Below, one piece after another: positions 11,384 to 25,000 of a stretch of 64,000 bases of DNA. Position 1 is the stretch's first letter, and every line of letters begins with the position of its first letter. The notes under the pieces are model-generated. The model worked only from the letters and a program-made list of their open reading frames with translations, was not told the origin of the DNA and ran no database searches. A program made the translations under genes and the position numbers. The stretch comes from Minutocellus sp. GHC0000111. Taxonomy: Eukaryota. The stretch covers positions 5,394,001-5,458,000 of the forward strand of contig OZ361256.1 of the NCBI GenBank assembly GCA_977018835.1, read 5' to 3'.

Positions 11384-11915
11384 TATTATTCCGTAAACAA
11401 CGTGGCCTAGCTTGGCTTGGGTCGATCAATCAGTGGATTCGTTTGTTCAGCTCGATACACAGGACAAAGTGATGCAAAGGAAGCTGCTCTCAGATTTTTG
11501 GGCATCAGGATTTTGGCGATCGTCTCGTGCCGACAAAATCGAGCGCAAAAATCGAGCATAAAACGTACCGTGCAAGAGTAAATTAGTGTAAAACTACTTC
11601 ATCGCGATTTCTTAAAGAGGAATGTGTAATTGACGATAATTAGTGTTCAAGTAATTTCACGTATCAGTGTAAATTATAATTGGTTTTGTGTTTATCTAGA
11701 TTTTCATTACTTGAGATATTTTATCTTCCGCGCCCGCCACGCCCAAACTTCCAAACATCGTCACTTTTATTTAGCCCAGCTTGGAGATTTGATCTCGCTC
11801 GTGAAGATTGATTTGGTGACATGATAACACCACTGGTGAAATTGGGTGATAGCGTCAAGAGTGTTCCCAACAAAGGCAGGACGCGTCGGCAGCCAAAAGA
11901 TACGTTTGACGCGCA

Positions 11916-14900
11916 ATGGTCGTCGAAGGTGTCAGCCCTTTAAGGAGGCCAGGCAGCAGCGGTAGGAAAAGCAAAAGCAGTCATCGTCGGCCTCCCACCT
12001 CTCCCAGCCACGCCAAGACCATACTCGTGAAGCAGCACTCCCTTGCTGCTCCGACATCTTCCCTCACTGAAGATCAGCCAACGTCTCCTCAGAGAAAGCC
12101 CCAACCTGCCGCAACCAATACCATGGTGGTCGTGGGGTCCATGTTCCGCGATGCCGTCGACGTCGTCAAGACGTCCTTCACAAGTCCCTGCGCATGTGCC
12201 AGTGGAGAGGACAGCAGGCACAAGGAGGAAGACCCAGAGAAAAATAAGGAGAAAAGGGACAAGGGTGGCAGAGACGGACCCGAGAAGACGAAAACAACGA
12301 ACACCATCTCCGAGATAACGGGTGTTTCGGTATCCAATTTTCGCCGGCCAAACAGCTCGCCCCTGTCGGCCATCTCATCATCATCATCAACTAAGTTGAG
12401 TGGTGACAGCAGCGATAAATCCACGTCGGTCGGCAATCAAGAAGCCGTGGCAGCAGCCGAACGGAGGTTGGCCGACGCTGAGCGCCGCCTGGCTGCTGCG
12501 ATAGCCTGTGAAAAGCAGTACCAGCAGCAGGAAAAGAGAGAGGAAGAAACGCGTGATCAGTCGATGGATGATCCCAGGAGTACGACTACCAATCGGTGCA
12601 ATAGTCGCCATAAGGATGGCTGCAGTCGCATCGATACGTCTGGTGGATACGGGCTCATTCCTGAACAGATCACCTTCGAGACTACTGGTAAAGAAATGGC
12701 AGCCAACCCGAAAAAGTCGTCGAGCGACATGATCAGTGATCGTCCTCCCATTGCCAAGCCACCGATCTTCAAGAATAAGGGCGGTGTACATGTTGCTACA
12801 AGTAGTATTAGTGCCAACAGCCATGCAAGTGGACACGAGAGGACTCCCAGTGATGGGTCTGGTGAATCATTTATCCGGGGCGAGGTGCTTCTATCTACAT
12901 CCGGCGATGAGCATCGTGGTCGTAGCGTCCGTCATTCTGATCATCTCGCCGCATTGAAGAATAACGAAGCCTCATCTGAAGCCTACCATACGAGCATCTC
13001 CGTCTTCACCTCTTACAGTTCTGCTTCGGAGGCTGCAACTGACGATGTCAGCGCATCTGCCATCAAGACGCGAGCTGGGCTGTCGTCTCCTTTGAGGATT
13101 TCAACTCAAGAGGCTCTAACGGTGACAACGGCTTCCCCGTCATCTCCCCTCGATCAGCAGGAAGCTCTTGCGGAACCTCGCTCGCCTGCCGTGCCCTTCT
13201 CACCCGGCGCTCACAGCTCCTGCACCAATCCATCTTATATATCGTCTTCATCAGAAGAAGGTGACGACGATGATCTGTTCGAGTTGGAATCTCTTCAGGG
13301 AGATCTATATAAGATCGCTCAAATGCAGCAGCGATACCAGCAACATCACCAGTATCCTGGTGATAAGAAGGACGAGGAGCCAATGCACCACCACCAATCT
13401 TCTCCCGCCGAAGTAACTTCTGATATGACCGCTAACGAGGTAATCACCCAACCTGAACTCTCAAATGCAGTCTGCGATGATCATGAGGAGTACAACATTC
13501 AAGAAGGCAGTAGTCGCGAATGGCTACGACTTGATTCCCTTTCAGGTGATGGTGGGCGTCCCAAGCCTGACTTTCGAGAAGCCAATAACACACCAGATCA
13601 ATCGGCTTCGCCATCCACAGGCAAACTCGGTGGAGATCCTGAGGGGCTTCTTGCTTCGTCTTCTTCTCGGCGATTCTTCTCGGAGCAATCTTCTTCTCTT
13701 TCGCTGGATGTAATCGATAGTGTTCCCTCCCCTCGATCTGAGAGCACCAGAGGGGGGCTTGCTTCCCTTGACGCTATCCTTATGGCCTCATCTTCGCTTA
13801 GCGTCGATTCGGAAGATGATGAATGTATTTTGCAAGACGGTGAAGATGAAATGTACAGAGTGCAAGTGTCCACGTCAGCACAGTCAGAGAAATCAGAATC
13901 TCTCCTATCGGCTCTGGAGGAACTTCGGGCCCCTAATGATGACGACGATAATGATAGCTTCAATTATGGTTCGGCCGTAAAAGAGGGAGAAGACGTCGCA
14001 CGATCGCTCAACGAAAGTGAGGAGACAAAGGGAAATGTGCAAAAAATGGAGCCGGAGGGCTTACTTCTCAAGTCTCCCGATGGCAATGTTGTTCCTATTA
14101 TTGAAGTTGTCAGTGCTCCAAATACAAGTATTGACGAGGCACTGCAAGAGACTGAGTCCTTAGAATCCAGAGATCTTTCTTCGACACCTGACGAAAAAGC
14201 GGCCGCGCTAAACGAATCAGCAACCACCTTTCAAGATCGAAGATTTGCATTGTCCGATTTGAGTTCTGAAAGAACTCCTGTGCGATTCCTCAATGCCTCG
14301 GTTCCCAGCCTTGATCCCTATTCTATTACATCGATTGAGGAACACTTCAAAGAAAAGACGCGACTGGTTGTGAAAGAATTGGAACAAGAGTATCAAGAGC
14401 GTGTCGAGGGTATGAAACGGCAATACTCTGCAAAATTGAAGCGGCTCCGGCGCCAACATGATATTCAATTCGAACATGACCTCAAGGAACAGATGGATCG
14501 AGCCAAAATAGATAGATGCCCTAGGATTGAAACTTCAGAGCACGCCTCCTCCCATAAAGACCTTCGCGCTGAAAGCTCGGGATCTAACTTCACGACGATT
14601 GTTGATGAAACGAGGTCTGTCGAATCAACGCTGTCAACTCCCAAGTGTGCTGGCGACATGAATATGTCGATATCAAAGAAAGAGAGAAAGGAAGCCATGG
14701 AAGAGAGACTTCAGAGCCTAATGCTGAAACTCAATACTGCGGCGACAAGCACCAAAACAACCCAATCAAATAATGGCTCCGTTGATTTGATGGCAGTAGA
14801 GTCGCCGCCAGAAGATGACGATGGCGTGCAGAGTGTGCAGAGTGCACCAACTATTGCTGTATTTCCTCCGCAACAGACAACTGATTCTACAACAACACTG

Positions 14901-15966
14901 ACAAAAGAGGGAACTTCGATCCCTTTGATGAGATTTAAGAGTATTTATGAATCGCAGCAAAATTGGTTAGAGGTTGATTTGGAGCATGATGTAGACGAAA
15001 AGGCCGAGTCATTGTTGATCGAGTTCGAAACATACCGTCGGCGACAGGCCAAGGCCGTCTTAGAGCTACAGACACAGGAAGAGCAGTATCTTTTTGAAGA
15101 AGAGAAGTGCAGGGAAGAGCTCTCAAAAGCTGAAAATATACACAAAATTCGCGTTGTTGACGCAAAAGCCAAGCTTCAACAAGTTCGAGATGACAACGAG
15201 GAGCTACTTGCGGGCCTCAAGTATGAGATCGGCCGAGAAGAGAATGCCATTGAAGAATTATTGTCAAGCTTGAAGGATATTCAAGAGTACAACGCTTCTC
15301 TTCAAGATGAGGCGACTGAGCAGACTAATCGCATTGAGTATCTCAGAGCTGAATCTGTTGAGGTCCAAGAGAGGCTCAAGAAGTTGGCAATGACGATTGA
15401 TGAGGAAGATGATAAGCACGAAATCCAACTTGAAAAGGAACGAGCCAAAACAGACAAGGCGATTACCAGTGTGGAAGCTGAGGTTTCGGCAGGTATCAGC
15501 AAACAATTCAAAGAGGGTGATAGGAAGAAAGAAGCTCTTTCAGACACACAACGAAAGGTTGAAGAACGTCTTTCTGCTCTCCAAAAGCTTCTGGTCATTT
15601 CAGAGTCAAGTAGAGCATCGTCATGTCATGATTGGAATGTAAGGGAAATGGAATTCATAGACGAATGCACACAGCTTACTCGGGCTGCTTTTTTTTACTG
15701 AAGAGCGCAAATCGAACAAGGGAGTGGCGTTCGAACGGGTGTGTAGGCAATTGAACGAGTCATACCAGGTGCTTTCGGAGACAATAGACAGGTCGAGAAA
15801 GGAGGTTGAAACATGCCAGGGGCAGGCAGAGAAGGTAAAAAGTGAAATATTACATTTCAAGAGAGACAATGAGCAGGTCTCTTCTTGGATCTCAGAGCTA
15901 GATACAGTTCTGAAATCAATGGGCAAAGATGTTCCGTCCCGAAAAAGGAAAATGCATAAAGAATAA
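11916..15966 (+). CDS. Large acidic/Ser-rich protein with C-terminal coiled coil; one frameshift at a T-run near 15690
   Basis: 1261-aa ORF. Removing one T from gctttttttt at ~15689-15696 continues AAFFTEERKSNKGVAFERV into the 15724-15966 ORF. Confidence 0.75.
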
Positions 15967-16092
15967 TACACATTACTTCGGTCTAATATAATACATATTA
16001 TTGGTCAAAGCGAATTGCAGAAATATACACATCGCATGACTTGATTTATTGATGCAAAATTTATTTTTATGCTTATATATATACTTGTTACG

Positions 16093-19000
16093 TCAACGAG
16101 TTCCAGAGTTTTGAGATGCATTTCTCCTTCTCTCTCGTCTTTCTCTAATTCGCTGGCCCGGCCGCCATGGTTGTTGTGGCTGCAGACTGTCTCCTTGTCT
16201 CTGATGCTGATCCTGTTGGAGCATCTGTCTATCGCTCTGCGCCGATGGCGCCGTTGACGCCGAGTTTATCGGGGGGCCGCCACCACCAACACGAAAGGCA
16301 TTACCTATGCCACGACCAACGCTGCCGACACCACTTACGAGACCTTGCCCGGCGGTCAGGACTCCATCCGTGGCACCAAGAGCAGCAGTCTCGACACCCC
16401 GACCAATACCGGTGCCCATACTGTTTAAGCCATCACCGAGACCCGAAATAACAGCACTTCCATCACCAGTTGTGATCCCCTTTCCAATTCCTTTCGCAGC
16501 CAACAAGACACCACCACCAACTCCTCCGATCGCCTGGCCGATTCCCTTACCGGCTCCTCGAAAGAGCTTGCCCGACCCAGCCCCAACACCTTTGATAGAA
16601 CTACCAACCCCGTCGCCTAGACCTGAAACGACACTGTTGACACTGGCACCGACAGCGCCAGCTCCGACTCTCTCGGAAGATCTTTGGATCTCGTCTCCGA
16701 CCGAGGCAGTAAAGGTGCTCACTCCATCGCCGAGTCCTTGCCCTACCTTCTTTAAAACATAACCAGCAGAGCGCCCTGCGAGATTTCCTGTCAGGCGGAG
16801 AATATCTCCCTCTACGTATTCGTCGCCTCGGTCTTCCCGGCCACTTAGGTAGCGCCAATCCTGGAGGGTAACCGAATTCAGCAAAGTAACAAGCTTCAAC
16901 TTCATTCTGGAGGAGTAAACAGCTGTCACCATTTCTATCAATCTGTCAGGTGGACCTTTGACATTCTTGGTGATGTATCCGGAGAAGCGGATGTCGGCCT
17001 TATCAACTGTAAACTTCAATCTCGTTGTGGCGTAGTTCATCAATTTGGCACCCCTGACGCCCTTTACGAGTTGATATCGCGAAAGAGAAGGCTGGCGCTT
17101 GAAGGAAACTAGGAGAGATACGGGTGATATGCGGGCTGTGCGAATGTCATAGAGTGTATCCGATCGAGGAGGTTGATATACCTCTTTCGATCGGAAATCA
17201 TGCAGGTAGTCCGCACTTCCTCTGTCAACTTCTACTGTTGACACATTGAATGCTCCCTTTTCTTCGTCCCACTCGAGTTCGATGTCAACACCTGCAAGGG
17301 CTGCCGTTGCCTCCAAGGTTCTATGTGCAACGTCGAATAGTCGCCAGAGAAAATCTTCTCCGGTTGATATCACAATGCAATCAGCCTTACCATTAGCATA
17401 AGACATGTTGAGATCAAGGAGATCTACCTTGACCAAATCAGCCGAGTGACTTCCTCTCGTTCGGATGCATAAATCAAAAAAGGGAGACTGGGTTGAAGAT
17501 TCTAGGACAGTCGGAGACACAGCGTTTGGATCGCAGTCGGTAATTCGGACGGAGTGAATAATAACTGCGAGTTGCGTCCTCTCCGGTGATATCAAAGGTG
17601 CATTTTCGGTTTTCGATTCGACTTCCTCATCCTTGAATATGCGCTGATAGTCGACTGTGAATCTATGCAAGAGAAATTGTGCAACGTTTCTGTATGGAAG
17701 CGTCCCTTTGGACGACGACCTCAAGGCTGGAGAGGTCTCAGTATTGGCGCCCTTTGTCGGCAGTGATAGATTTCTATCGCTGCTGTGCTGGCTTTTATCG
17801 CGGAGAACGGCCTCAAAAGCCTCCCTATTCTTCTCGTACGATGCGCCAGCGACTCTCTGTGTATCAATAAGAGTCACTTCCATCTCCGACCATCTGATAC
17901 GGAAACGGAAGAAGTCATCAGCAAACAATTCTCCTGATGCTATTGTGGATTTGTCGTCCGTCTGTCCGACCAGACCACCACGCTTCAAAGCACCGATTTT
18001 AAAAACCAGACGAGAATCTCGATTGCCGAGCACTGTCTGAATAGCCACACTCCCGATAGGAGAACCGTCGGCTGTTGCCCGAACCACACAAATCTTAATT
18101 CCAAGCGAGTCAACCTGAATTGGTGCCGTGCTTCCAAGGCTTTCCTCAAATTCGATCATCAATATCAGCCCAGTATTGCTGCCGGGCCCTTGTTGGCGGT
18201 GGACAGGAGCAACACCACCAGGGTCCAACGGAGTGTGGTGATCGCCAGATTGTTTCACGATTATCTTTTCAGTTGTGCTACCATTGTAGACCACGAATTC
18301 CTGCGGATATTTATTTGTTTTAAAGGACGGGCCGTGTGAATTGAGAAAGGCTTGAGTGGTACTCAGCTACGTAGTACCTAGGTAACATACAATAGCGACG
18401 AATGATGAAATGAGAAGAGAAAGCACATTCTCACCGGTATTACGTGAAGTTCGTATTGGTTGGCAGATGACAGCCTACGGAATGCAAAATAACTTGACCT
18501 GTTCTCATCGGCCCAGATTATGGCCTTTGATTCGATGCCGCCTTCTGAGAGCGGAATTTCTTCCATTATGAAGGGCATACTCCTCTTGGTTCCAACGTCA
18601 CCCTCCATGGTCAACTTCAAGATGCGAATGGGAACATCAGATGCTGGGAGGAGAGTGATTCGTTTTTGATGGTACGGCGAAGAAAATGCGCTGAACGGAA
18701 TTGTCTCTAGATGCGGGGGATGGAACGACCTTCTGTGGGGTGCGGCCCCGGTGTGGATAGAAGAAGCACGGGCGGGACTTGTCGCGCTCGCCTTTGCAAC
18801 CTGTTCGAACAAAATGTCACCCGTGTGATCAACGGCATAGTTTTGAACTCCAATCGAGAGCATGCGAAGATGAAGTGTGGGGTCAGTCAAATTGGTAGCT
18901 GGCGTCAATGAAATGTTTCTGTGCTCTTGGCTTGATGATGACTTTTTTGCAGAGCCTTCACGGCCTCCTCCCTGTTGGATCTCTTCGTCCCTTTGAGGCC

Positions 19001-22000
19001 ATGCATCAGTTCCTTCCAGTATGAGGAATTCGCTTCCTCTCGCCACAGCAGCTGGCTCGCCGCCTCTTTTGATAAAAGGGAAGAGACATAGATATGGCTC
19101 CGGAAGTTGAACGTTACGACCAAGCGGCACATCAAACCAGCCGCCATCCATCCACCCAGTACGTCTGCCGCCACTTGGTTGGTCCGCGCACAGTGCCGCT
19201 AGTGCTATTGAGGGCCCTGGAGTGAGTACCTTCAAACTTTCAAAAGGTTGCAGCGTATGGATTGTTTGGCCCGCCATTGCGCTGACATCGAGACCGATAT
19301 CTTGGAAATAAGTCTCATCTTCACTTCTTCTTTCCCCCGCAATGGGCACTCCCTTTGCCCTCGTACAAAAAGTGTGGGGCATCGGCGTCCGTATCATAAC
19401 GCTAACAGGCAGATTGTTCTGAAGCAAGGCACGGGGTTGGAAGAAGAGCTCAACAAAGGGGTGATAACTGCCAACAAGCGTTACTCGACAGCAAATCTGC
19501 AGGGTTACTGCGTCTTGCTGTTGCTGTTCTCGATCTTTGTTTTTCGGAGTACACGTAACCTCAAAGGATTGGACACACGAATTGCCCGTCGCTATCCGGA
19601 CCAAGCTGCCCAAACTCGGAAGGACCACCTCGCCGAAGAGATTGCTCTTTTCGCTGCTGCCTTCTCCAATGAGCGGAGAAATTACGATTACCACAGAAGG
19701 ACTTTCATCATCACGATTTGCCCTATTGTTGAGTGCTTGGAGATTATGGATTGGAATTCCAAACCCAGCGGATTGACGAGATACCGTGTCATTCTCACCA
19801 GCTGTGAGAGTCGCACCCTTTCTTTTTTGGCTGTCGGCAATTGCGGGACACACGCCGATCTTTTCTAATGTTTGGCCGGACTTTACTGATATTGCAAATG
19901 GAATAGGCGTTGAGTTGCTGATATCGACGTGGCTCGATAAATGGACAACAATCGCCTTCATGTCTCGAACGACCTGCGTGAAGACATAGAGACCATTGGC
20001 CAGCAAATGCGCCTTACGAGGGCAATTGATCTCGGCGTCAACATGATCAAAAATAATGGTAGAATCACCAATGGCAATCTCGAGAGATTTCACATGAATC
20101 ACATCTTGGCCATACAAGCGCTTGCCGCCAATTCCACTACCAGGTGAAGGCTCAAATTGAAAATACTGCGTCTCTCCAGATTCACAAGGACGTCGCGTCT
20201 CTTTGCGGTTCCCGAAGCGAGTCGAAAAGTGAGCAATAACACCAGAATGATTCTCAATACCGTCTGCAAAGTGAATTATTAGGTGAGAGAATGATTAGAG
20301 AGTCGGCGAGGTATAACGGTAACCGGGGGGGGAGGGGGGCAGTGCACAAAACGACAAAACGAAGGAAGCAACGATTGATCCGGGAAAAGCATCATACTTA
20401 CAGGGCATCGTGGTGATTAAAGATCTTGCTGCACATGCTGCGAGACTCTTCCTTGCCGAAAGAGCCAACGAATCCTTTTGAGTCGACGATGAATTGGAGC
20501 GGACACTTTTCTCGATCGACGTGCCCAGATCTGCAGCTTTTTGTGAAGCCGAAGAGTATACTCCCCACATCTTGGTTGCAGCGCCTATCGACACAAGAAA
20601 TTGCTCTGAGAAGCTGAGATAGCAAGGATGACTGTCGATATCGAACGATGTGCTCATTCGATTGGAGCTGAAGCGCTTCTGCGGTGCTCGCATTCCATTG
20701 AAGTTGATTTGCCACTCTTTGAGAAGAAGACTCTCCCATAAAAGACTATTTGTGTCAAAATAGTTGCTTACAATGCCAGTATTGACATGAAAGCGGAACA
20801 ACGGCAGTGTATCAGCCTCGGAGGGGAAATCAAATTCTCCTCCGAAGACAAAGTTCTTAAAGAGCAGTTTGAAGAGAGCGTCGTCAAGCCCTTGTAAATC
20901 ATTTACGACTGTGATTATGGTCTCGGGAATGGTGGCCTTTGCTCGGATTATATATGAGACATTGGCAGAAGTACTAGTAGGGCCTGTGGCTGCAGTAGTA
21001 GAATCGTGATTGCTCCCTTCAATACGCGAATACGCACGATCGGGGTGCAGTGATAGCTCCGCATCCTTCTCTTCCACCTTATTGAGGGCAGAAGCAAGTC
21101 TCTCGATCCGGAACTTTTCTTGGTCCGAAAGAGAGTGAATCGATGATTCTTTTGTCGCTTGTTCAGACTTTTTGGAGTCAGCCTCAGCAAATGAATCAGT
21201 AATGGACGAGGCAATTGCATTCATTAAGGCTGTGCGGAAAGAGAGAAGAACCATCACACGAATGGTAATTTAGTAACAGAATTGTAGCATGAGTAGGGAG
21301 TAAAGACAAGAGAGGAATACATCAGATGAAGAACAAGTTAATCAAGGCAGGAGCAGACCAACTGTCGGGGGAAGCCTTACCTATATTTTGCATCGATAGT
21401 GTCAGCTCGATGTTCGATAGTGTCACCGTCTTCAAGTCTACCTCCTGACGGCGACCGCTGTCGATTGATGCTGTGGTGAGAAAGATAGAGAAGACTGCTG
21501 GCTCCATGATTTGAACCGGCGATAATAGCTCTATGCCCTGGGCGGTGTATATCTCGACGTTTTCTCCGTGTAGCTGGTGGTCCCCGCCGATTACTTCCCC
21601 GGTCAAAATGTCGGAAGTCAAATCAGCAGAACCTTCGATTTTCCCGTCAATGACGATGGTTTCAGTGAGCTGTGTAGCCTTGTTGAGACTTACCGAGAGA
21701 GAAGAAGAATCAATACTCGGCGCACTTCCCATATCTACAAAAATGACCCGGCACCTATCCGTCTTGATATCAACTTTCATGCGCTGCTTCGTCAGTGCCG
21801 AGGCATTTTCTTGACGCGACGCTGCTGCCAAAGTAATTGGTGCCCGCTCGCCATTGCCTACCTTGCTATCGCTGGTAACCCGAGTAACAGCGGTGGGAGG
21901 TGGTCGAATTCCTGCCTTCAAGAACTCTAAAATCTCCACCAAACAATCTGGTACTAAAATGATCTGCGGCGATCCAATCATCAAATTGACGTCTGTTCTT

Positions 22001-25000
22001 TCGTCCCTATTTGTTTTTTGATATGTGCACACAAACAAGTCGCCGCTGCTTCTTTTAGCAGAATCGCCAACGGGGTCTTTGTTTTCGTCCTCTTTTTCGT
22101 TCTGACAGCTGACGATTCGTCGGAATTTTCTATTGAGAGATTCGATTCGTCGATCATCACAAACAAGATCATGAAGAGTGATTTTGGACCACACCTTTTC
22201 TTGCTCGGGATATAGGCGAAGCAGGATGTTGGCCTCAACTGCGGCGAGGGACACGAGAGACTCGTCAGTATTGTCACTCTCCCTGCAAAGATCAATTGCC
22301 AGCTTTGATATGGCGAATTCAACGTAAATGTGTCGATGCAGAAGGATGAAGTCCACGCCACCGTGAGTGATTGCATTTGTAGGGTCATCCTCATCAGACT
22401 TAGCTTCATCTTCAACAGCATTTCCGCTGGGCAAAACGCTGGCATCGCGCAGAAAGGAGTCCTCCTGCGATATGTTTCCCTCAAGTGTGTCCATGATCTG
22501 ACTGTAATGTGTTCGTGTTAGCAAAAATGATGCTTCTGACACATCTACACCGACTTCAATTGCACGGTCCTCCTCGGTCTCGCCCTCGATGGCGGAAAGT
22601 AAAACATCGACGGAAATGCGTATCGGAAACGCCAGCATTTCTAGATTCCGATTGCAAGCCATCATGACATCGGAAATGTAGCACTTTGCCTTTCCTCCTT
22701 GGTCATTCGCTAGGGCGATGTATTGGACCTCGAGGTCGTCAGCTTTGATGGAAAAGTAGTCTTTGCTTTTTGCTGTCTGTGGTAGGACAAGGTCTAAACC
22801 AGTCGCGTGGATCTGAAACAGTTTATCCTTGTCTTCCTCGGTCGTTTGGGCTATTTCAATGGCAGCCGCTGCCGCCGAAGAGGCCACTTTCGCAAACAAG
22901 GCACCCAAAACACCTTCTGTAACGTACTCGGTCAACGTGAGAATTTGAGCTTGGATGTAAACGAAACGAATGGGGGAGATTCTCACGTCGGCGACAGCCG
23001 AGAAGCTCGACTTGTCAAGATTGTCGTCTATGAGGACGCGGGACTTGAGCGCCTCGTCTCCTTGTTCGTATTTCACAGTGAGGAGACTCGAAGACTGCCC
23101 GGAGGCAAGGCCGATGATGGTTGTGTATTCGTCAAGAGCCCTACCTGCCGCAGACGTTTCCATTTTGATATCACCGACAACAAAGGTTGCATCAATACTC
23201 TGATCTTTGGATTCAGCCTTTAAATCATCGATTACTGCATCCAGCTCAGCATCGGCCATCATTAGAGTGTAGAGTGGTAAATCGTCGATAGCTGAGTTCA
23301 GAGATATGTTGAAGCTGGTCATTCGCGCCTTTAGAGACAAGCGACAACCTTGGTGAAATGAGGAGCCTCCTGGTATACTTCGAGTAGAGAAGGCCTCATT
23401 ACCAAGTGGGCCTTGACCTGATCGCCCAGTCGAGAAGCCCGTCGAAGATGTAACACCAAGAGTTAACAGAGAAGAGCTTCGTCTCATCACATTCTTGACC
23501 ACCTGGGGGTTCCAATTTAAAAAGAGGCTCGAAAATGTCGCATCGACTGAAAGAGTTTCCACTGGCCCAGACACAGTCCTCGTGATGCTAATGTCCGCCA
23601 GATCAGAAGAACCAGAATAGTCATCGCGAAACACGCCTACCTCCTCAAGGTCACGAAGGACGTTGTACGCACCCTCCCGAGAGTACTCAGATGCTGGACG
23701 AGAGAGTGATGAATGCGCCAAGATCCGTTGCTCACGAGGATAATCAGCCTGCAAACTATCCAAAAGCCAGAACCATCCCATCCGACATCGATTCGTAGAA
23801 GCGCCGTCAGTGTCTATGGTGGAGGAAACGACAACAGACACTAGATGCGCCTCAAGACCATTCGCGCCGTCAAGTGCCAACTTCGTCGAAAGCTTGCGGA
23901 GAGCAAGGGACAAGTGGATATATTCCGATGGTTCTCCTTCTGTTGGTTTTGCACCTGTTTTAGGGTACTGTTCGATTTGGCGTTCGGTATGAATGGGAAA
24001 CGTCGATCCGACGAGCATTGGAGCTGATGGGGTTTCATCATTATTGGGCCGACTAGAATCGTACTGACTTTCATCTGCTGCAAGGATTTGAACACCACCG
24101 CTGCTAGATGCATCCTCCTCCTCCATTTCTTCTTCTATCAATGGACCAAACTGAGTGCTTGGCTCGCGAGAGCCTGGATCTGCAGACCCTGCTAGGCCAT
24201 CGAGGAAGGCATCCCATTTTGAGTAGGTGCAGAATATTGATGAAACAGAGCTTGGTGAAAGCTGGATGGTAATGTCAGGAAGGACGCCAAAGATACATTT
24301 CCTTGATTTATCGAGACTCATTTGGTTATTCTCAATCCCGATGTTGAGAGAAAGACTCACAGGTTCGATCACAGTGGTGGTAGATACTCGGGCAGACCCT
24401 GCCTCTGCTATGGCTTCTACATTTGCCGCATTTGAAAGAGCTGTCCAGCTCCTCGCCTTGCTCAAAAGGAAAGTTAACTTTTGTACATCGAGGCTGCAAT
24501 GATCAATGGCCAACGTACTGCCTCCAATTCGATTCGGGTTGTCAGTAAACCACTTTCGTACATCTGGATTTGCCTCGCTCTTACCATAAACGAAATGGAA
24601 GTTACCCAGATCAAAAATCAGCACTGGTGCCTCTCTGTCAGTGCAGCTCTCGGGGACAACCAGTATAGGGGCGTGGATATCGACATCTATCGTCCAATTT
24701 GTCTTCCCTTTTGTTTTGCTTCTCCAGGCGTCAACAAATGCCATAGTGAGACGCTCCGACATGGCTGCCGTCGCAGAATGGTGGGGATTGCTATTGCGTA
24801 AGTTTGCATCATCACCAGAACTAGACGTGGAGGCATGCATTGATTCCGACGAAGGAGAAAGAATATCCGACTCGCCGAAGTCAGCATCGTAAAATAGATC
24901 AACCGAGCCCGTCATTGACTCTTGTAGAATTGGATTCCGCTTCTGTGGCGTTTTCAATCCACCAGCCCGTGAGCCGAGGGATCGAACAGAGAAGAATTCC

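Noticed and set aside
15685..15701. Programmed ribosomal frameshift at the T-run
   Set aside because: A homopolymer indel (error or mutation) is simpler, since similar ones occur at ~39675, ~48430 and ~60115. No stimulatory structure was noticed.
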